Shown here piece by piece: positions 57,839 to 62,536 of a DNA stretch of 62,536 nt (its first letter is position 1; each line of letters begins with the position of its first letter). The stretch is from Candidatus Micrarchaeota archaeon (GTDB taxonomy: Archaea > Micrarchaeota > Micrarchaeia > Micrarchaeales > Micrarchaeaceae), in NCBI GenBank assembly GCA_964604635.1, contig CAZRZO010000003.1, positions 1 through 62,536 of the forward strand, in the 5' to 3' direction. The position numbers were made by a program, and so were the translations under genes. The notes beneath the pieces were generated by a model. The model saw nothing but the letters and a program-made list of their open reading frames with translations, was not told the origin of the DNA and did not search any database.

Positions 57839-59170
57839 ATGCTAAATTCAAAATATATAAGAGAACATTACCAAGAATTTAAATTATCTTTAAATAAAAG
57901 GAAGTCAGATTATCCTTTAGATGAAATAATTAAATTAGATGAAGAAAATAGAAATTTAAAAACACAGATGCAACGATTTCAGGAAGAAAAAAATCAATTA
58001 AGTAAAAATATTTCAAATTTAAAAAAAGAAAATAATTCAGAAGGTTTGAACCAATTACTTGATAAAGCCACACAAATTAAAGATCAAATAGATCTAGTTG
58101 ATAAAAAATTAATAAATACTGAAACTAGGATTAATGATCTTATTTGGAATATCCCCAATATATTACATAACTCAGTTCCTTATGGTGTGTCTTCAGATAA
58201 TAATATTGAAATAAAAACATGGTTTCCAAATAATAAAAATATTAATGATTTTAATAAATTAAATATTGATAAAACCCATGAAGATATATTAATTGATTTA
58301 GATTTATTAGATACAAAAAGAGCTGCAAAAGTAGCTGGATCTAGATTTTATTATATAAAAAATGATCTTGTATTATTAGAATTATCATTAATTAGATTTG
58401 TAATTGATGAATTAAGTAAAAAAGGATTTATTCCTATTTCTCCTCCAAATATGATGCGAAAAGAATATTATAAAAGTGTTACTTCATTAGCTGATTTTGA
58501 AGAAGCACTTTATAAAATAACAGATCCTAAAGAATCTCAATCTAATCCGAATTTAGAGCAAATTAATGAAGAATTATTTTTAATATCAACATCAGAGCAT
58601 CCTATTGCAGCAATGCATAGTAATGAAGTATTTTCAGGGAATCAATTACCATTAAAATATGCTGGTATAAGTCCTTGTTTTAGAAGAGAAGCAGGATCTC
58701 ATGGAAAAGATACAAAAGGAATTTTTCGAGTTCACCAATTTTATAAAATAGAACAGTTTATTTTTTCAAGAGAAGAAGATTCAGAAATTTATTTTAATGA
58801 ATTATTAAATAATTCAGAACAGATTTTTAAAAAATTACAAATTCCTTACAGAGTTGTTAATATATGTACTGGTGATATTGGTATTGTTGCTGCTAAGAAA
58901 AATGATATAGAAGCATATATGCCAATACAAAAAGAATATAGAGAAGTTGTATCTTGTTCTAATTGTACTGATTGGCAAAGTTTAAGATTAAATATAAAAT
59001 ATGATGAAAAAAATGAAAGAAAATATGTACATACATTAAATTCAACTGGACTTGCAACAACAAGAACAATTGTTGCAATAGTTGAAAATTATTTAAATGA
59101 TGATGGATCAATATCAATTCCAGATGTCCTGATTCCTTACTTTGGAAAATCAAAAATAACAAAAAATTAA
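57839..59170 (+). CDS. serS: seryl-tRNA synthetase
   Basis: MLNSKYIRE start, N-terminal coiled-coil arm, class II motifs (FRREAGSHGKDTKGIFRVHQF, GLATTRTIVAIVEN). Confidence 0.93.
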   Translation: MLNSKYIREHYQEFKLSLNKRKSDYPLDEIIKLDEENRNLKTQMQRFQEEKNQLSKNISNLKKENNSEGLNQLLDKATQIKDQIDLVDKKLINTETRINDLIWNIPNILHNSVPYGVSSDNNIEIKTWFPNNKNINDFNKLNIDKTHEDILIDLDLLDTKRAAKVAGSRFYYIKNDLVLLELSLIRFVIDELSKKGFIPISPPNMMRKEYYKSVTSLADFEEALYKITDPKESQSNPNLEQINEELFLISTSEHPIAAMHSNEVFSGNQLPLKYAGISPCFRREAGSHGKDTKGIFRVHQFYKIEQFIFSREEDSEIYFNELLNNSEQIFKKLQIPYRVVNICTGDIGIVAAKKNDIEAYMPIQKEYREVVSCSNCTDWQSLRLNIKYDEKNERKYVHTLNSTGLATTRTIVAIVENYLNDDGSISIPDVLIPYFGKSKITKN

Positions 59171-59178
59171 ATGATAAA

Positions 59179-60384
59179 ATGAGTTTTATAAAAGATTATG
59201 AATTAAAGAAACAATTAAAGAAATTATCAGCAATACATGGTAGTGGAACAGAACTTATTAGCGTTTATATTCCAACTTATTTTGTAATTTCAAATGAAAT
59301 TAGTAAATTAAAAGATGAGCAAAATCAGTCATCAAATATTAAATCAAAATCAACTAGATCAAATGTTCAAAGCGCAATTGAAAAAATGATCCAATATATT
59401 AAATTATATAGAAATCCGCCCAAAAATGGAATAGCTGTTTTTTGTGGGAATACATCTTCAGCGCAAGCAAAATCAGACATTCAATTATTTTCAGTAGAAC
59501 CACCACAACAAATTAAAGTAAATATTTATAGATGTGATTCAGCATTTTTGCTTGGTCCTTTATATGCAATGATGGAAGCAAAAGATAGTTTTGTTTTAGT
59601 TGTACTTGATGGGCGAGAAGCAACTATTGCATTATTAAATGGAACTACTATTGAAATAGAAAAAAAATTAAGATCTTTTGCGCATGCAAAAGTAAGAAAA
59701 GGAGGTGCATCAGCAGGTAGATATGAAAGAGCAATATCTGAAAGTATAAATGATTTTTATAAAAGTGTTGCAGATAGCATAAATACTGTATTTCTAAAAC
59801 ATAATTTTAAAATTAATGGATTAGTTGTTGGAGGTCCAGGTCCAACAAAAGATAATTTTGTAAAATCTAAAAATTTAAATTATCAAATAAAAGTAATTGG
59901 TATTTTTGATACTGGTTATACTGATGAACATACTGGAATAAATGAATTACTTGAAAAAGCAAAAGACGTACTTTCTGAGCAAGAAGTTGTAAAAGAAAAA
60001 AAGATTATGGATAGATTTTTAAATGAAGTTTCAAATAATGGATTAACTGTTTTTGGTTATGAAAAAGTAAAAAATATGCTATTAAATAATAATATTATTA
60101 AACTAATTATTAGTGAAGATTTAGAACTAAATAATATAAAATATAAATGCAGTTCATGTAATGAAGAAATTAATGTAATTGAAGAAGGTAATACAAGACA
60201 AACAAGACATTCTTGTGGTGGTAGTTTAAGTATTGAATCACAAACAGATTCTATTAAAGAAATGATAGAAACTGCTGATAAAATGAATATTGAAATTGTT
60301 TTTATATCTGCTCAAACATCTTATGGCCGTGAATTTTTATTAGGTTTTCATGGAATTGCTGCAATGATAAAATACAAAGCATAA
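59179..60384 (+). CDS. prf1: peptide chain release factor aRF1 with GGA in place of GGQ
   Basis: GTELISVYIP, NIKS (SSNIKSKSTR), YRCDSAF (YxCxxxF), then KGGASAGRYER where aRF1/eRF1 have GGQSxxRFxR. The C-terminal domain has a CSSC..C insert. Confidence 0.88.
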   Translation: MSFIKDYELKKQLKKLSAIHGSGTELISVYIPTYFVISNEISKLKDEQNQSSNIKSKSTRSNVQSAIEKMIQYIKLYRNPPKNGIAVFCGNTSSAQAKSDIQLFSVEPPQQIKVNIYRCDSAFLLGPLYAMMEAKDSFVLVVLDGREATIALLNGTTIEIEKKLRSFAHAKVRKGGASAGRYERAISESINDFYKSVADSINTVFLKHNFKINGLVVGGPGPTKDNFVKSKNLNYQIKVIGIFDTGYTDEHTGINELLEKAKDVLSEQEVVKEKKIMDRFLNEVSNNGLTVFGYEKVKNMLLNNNIIKLIISEDLELNNIKYKCSSCNEEINVIEEGNTRQTRHSCGGSLSIESQTDSIKEMIETADKMNIEIVFISAQTSYGREFLLGFHGIAAMIKYKA

Positions 60385-60404
60385 TATTTAAATTTATAAA
60401 TTCA

Positions 60405-61157
60405 ATGAAACTGATAAAAATGAAATTAAGTTTAAATAATTTTAAAGAAAGATTTACTAAGCAAGAAATAATAGATATTTTAATTGCAGATACAGTACTA
60501 ATTCTAGCTTTTACATTAATATTGTCAACAAAGTTTGGTGGTATTTTTTCAATATCTAGTATTATATCTAATACTAGTCTTTCTAGTTTTTTGAATAATT
60601 TCTTTATTTATTTATCTATTTCTGCATTTGTTGTTAGTATAAGTTTTATTATTCATGAATTAATGCATAAATTTGTTGCACAATATTATGGCGCAATTGC
60701 TGGTTTTAGAACATCAATAAATGGATTAATGATTACAATTGTATCTTCTTTATTTGGATTTTTAATTGGAATCCCAGGAGCAACAATGATATATGCACAG
60801 AATTTTAGCAAGAAACAAGAAGGAATTGTGTCATTAGCAGGTCCATTAACTAATTTTGCAATGTTTGGTATTTTTTTGTTTTTAAATTTTATTATTCATC
60901 CAAATCCAGAATCCTATTTAGGGCAATTAATTTATTTAACATTTTTTATAAATATTCTTCTTGCACTATATAATATGCTTCCAATTTTCCCGTTAGATGG
61001 GAGCAAAATATTTATGTGGAATAAACCTCTTTATATTTCTATGATGGCACTAATTTTTATTTTAACATGGTTCTTTATACCTAGTATATTGTATTTGATT
61101 GTTTTTATGGTAATTATTGCATTAATATTTTCATTATTATATAAACAAATTCTTTAA
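60405..61157 (+). CDS. M50 family (site-2 protease-like) membrane metalloprotease
   Basis: HELMH zinc motif in a TM helix and NMLPIFPLDGSKIF (LDG motif). Confidence 0.85.
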   Translation: MKLIKMKLSLNNFKERFTKQEIIDILIADTVLILAFTLILSTKFGGIFSISSIISNTSLSSFLNNFFIYLSISAFVVSISFIIHELMHKFVAQYYGAIAGFRTSINGLMITIVSSLFGFLIGIPGATMIYAQNFSKKQEGIVSLAGPLTNFAMFGIFLFLNFIIHPNPESYLGQLIYLTFFINILLALYNMLPIFPLDGSKIFMWNKPLYISMMALIFILTWFFIPSILYLIVFMVIIALIFSLLYKQIL

Positions 61158-61245
61158 ACAAATTAATTAATAGAATATCAGAATATTTTTATAATTAGAA
61201 ATAACAAGTGTTTTATATTTTTATGATAAATTTAAATTGATATTA

Positions 61246-62536
61246 ATGGAAAATCAACAATATGCAAAAACATCTATAGATGCTTTAATAGAATTATTAA
61301 ATGCAAAAGGCAAATCAGAGCTTAATGATATTGCAATTACTTTAGGTATAGCCCCAAATATTGTAGAAGATTGGGCTAAAGTATTAGATAAAAGTAAAAT
61401 AGTAAAAATAACTAATGAATTTGGAAAAATGTATTTAAGTTTAGTTACTTCTTCAAAGGAAAATGGAAAAACAATACAAGAAAAAATGAATGCTCAAACT
61501 TTTACAACAGAATCAAAAATTTCAATACAACTTTTATCATTACAAAAATTTATGACAGTGCTTGATAATTTAAAAAATTATACGCAAGCAGCAGAAAAAA
61601 TTTATAGAGATAAACTACCAAATCTTCAAAAGAGTATTTCTGAAATTAATAAAATTTATTTTTTATTGGAAAATGAAACTAAAGGAGTAGAAAAAATAAA
61701 AAACAATACTCAAAAGTCTTATGATAAAATAAATAAAGAAATTTCAGAGATACAGTTTAAATTAGATAATTTTAAAAATCAAGAATCTATTAAAGTATTA
61801 GATCAACATACACAATCAATAACTAAGATTTTAGACAAAATTCATGAAGTTGAAAATACCATGGATTTAATTAATAAAAATAAAACAGAACAAATTCATC
61901 AATTAAAAAGATCAATGAGTGAGCAATTAAAGCAAATTAATGAGGATATAAATAAAAAAAATAATGATTTGTCATCATCAATAAATATGCTTCATAAAGA
62001 TTTAAAAAATCAAATAAATGAAATTAATAAAGAATATGCTTCATCAAAAAATGTCATTACTTCATTAAATAAACAAAAATCGAAAAATCAACAAATTCAA
62101 AATCTTCTTGCAGATATAAAAGTAAGTTTTAATGATAAATATTATAAAATAGAGCAAAATATCAATAAAAATATTGATACTTTATCTAATAAAACAACAA
62201 TAGTACAAAATGAGATAAAAGGATTAAATGAAAATATTGGAAATGCATCTAAAATAGGTAATCAAATAGAAATTACTAAAAATAATATAGATCAAATATT
62301 AAATCAATCCATTCAAATAAAAGATCAAATACAAAATTTATATAATGAATTAAAATCATTAAATAAAATAACTGAACTAGATAAAAAATTTAGAATAATG
62401 GAGGATATAAATAAAAAAGCAAATGAAACAAAAACCAAAGTATCTACAATTTCACAAAGTATAAAAGATACTGCTGATGCATTGAATTCTGTTATAGAAC
62501 AAGATCAAACTTCTCCACAATCAGATTCATCATCAC
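61246..62536 (+). CDS. long coiled-coil protein with N-terminal wHTH-like domain (partial, runs off window end)
   Basis: Not in the ORF track because no stop is reached. The ATG at 61246 opens at least 430 codons. The first ~65 aa look like a wHTH (LNDIAITLGIAPNIVEDWAKVLDKSKIVKI); the rest is K/N/E/Q/I heptad-rich. Confidence 0.6.
   Translation, partial: MENQQYAKTSIDALIELLNAKGKSELNDIAITLGIAPNIVEDWAKVLDKSKIVKITNEFGKMYLSLVTSSKENGKTIQEKMNAQTFTTESKISIQLLSLQKFMTVLDNLKNYTQAAEKIYRDKLPNLQKSISEINKIYFLLENETKGVEKIKNNTQKSYDKINKEISEIQFKLDNFKNQESIKVLDQHTQSITKILDKIHEVENTMDLINKNKTEQIHQLKRSMSEQLKQINEDINKKNNDLSSSINMLHKDLKNQINEINKEYASSKNVITSLNKQKSKNQQIQNLLADIKVSFNDKYYKIEQNINKNIDTLSNKTTIVQNEIKGLNENIGNASKIGNQIEITKNNIDQILNQSIQIKDQIQNLYNELKSLNKITELDKKFRIMEDINKKANETKTKVSTISQSIKDTADALNSVIEQDQTSPQSDSSS

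Noticed and set aside
5082-59162. About two dozen 60-116 aa ORFs in the track that lie antisense to, or out of frame within, well-supported genes. They are 5082-5327, 6336-6524, 12540-12863, 13032-13253, 14533-14748, 14995-15258, 15860-16102, 19580-19831, 21412-21675, 23671-23928, 26307-26522, 32287-32481, 32665-32898, 34710-34916, 35082-35339, 38285-38503, 38717-38917, 39307-39513, 39383-39598, 39651-39962, 49214-49396, 50962-51147, 56099-56338 and 58959-59162.
   Set aside because: Each is fully embedded in a longer ORF with clear family motifs on the other strand or in another frame. Their translations are low-complexity (F/I/L/S/N-rich), as expected from reading AT-rich coding DNA in reverse. 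No SD-N3-start context was seen.
1-62536. Looked for reverse transcriptase/DGR components, CRISPR repeats, transposases, integrases and toxin-antitoxin pairs, which are typical accessory content in DPANN genomes
   Set aside because: No YxDD-type RT motif, no DDE or serine/tyrosine recombinase motifs, no spaced repeat arrays and no recognisable TA pair were seen in any listed ORF or intergenic region.

Overview
Very AT-rich (by eye about three quarters A+T), gene-dense archaeal chromosome segment. It most likely comes from a small-genome DPANN/Nanoarchaeota-like organism. Archaeal hallmarks include TFB, aIF5A, RpoD/RpoN, A-type ATPase, AglB, Orc1/Cdc6, aRF1, RNase P proteins Rpp30/Pop5, aCPSF1 and proteasome beta. 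Most of the window is housekeeping: the rpoD-rpl18e-rpl13-rps9-rpoN-rps2 cluster, atpHIKECFA, serS, topA, pyk, ppa and fni. There are six tRNAs, four of them with introns; two carry introns in the T-loop and one carries two introns. One is a tRNA-Ile with a UAU anticodon. Accessory content: a compact arsR-merA-CC membrane protein-thioredoxin-like operon, a fused-permease ABC transporter, and two Asn-rich, sequon-dense surface proteins. There is also an unrecognised gene pair (22037-25345): a 906-aa tandem metallophosphoesterase with one degenerate and one intact copy plus a coiled-coil insert, abutting a 195-aa PD-(D/E)xK-like protein. That pair is my best candidate for an undescribed system. 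Other notable observations: (1) aRF1 keeps NIKS and YxCxxxF but has GGA in place of the catalytic GGQ. (2) A very regular GGTGAT-N3-start geometry exposes three long ORFs that have no ATG/GTG/TTG start and appear to initiate at ATT, ATA and CTG. One of these is absent from the ORF track. (3) The A-type ATPase operon stops after atpA, with no atpB or atpD. (4) TFB carries a basic N-terminal extension with a perfect AT-hook core. (5) A C/D-box sRNA-like element overlaps the start of a histone-fold gene. All family assignments come from motif recognition by eye; no searches were run.
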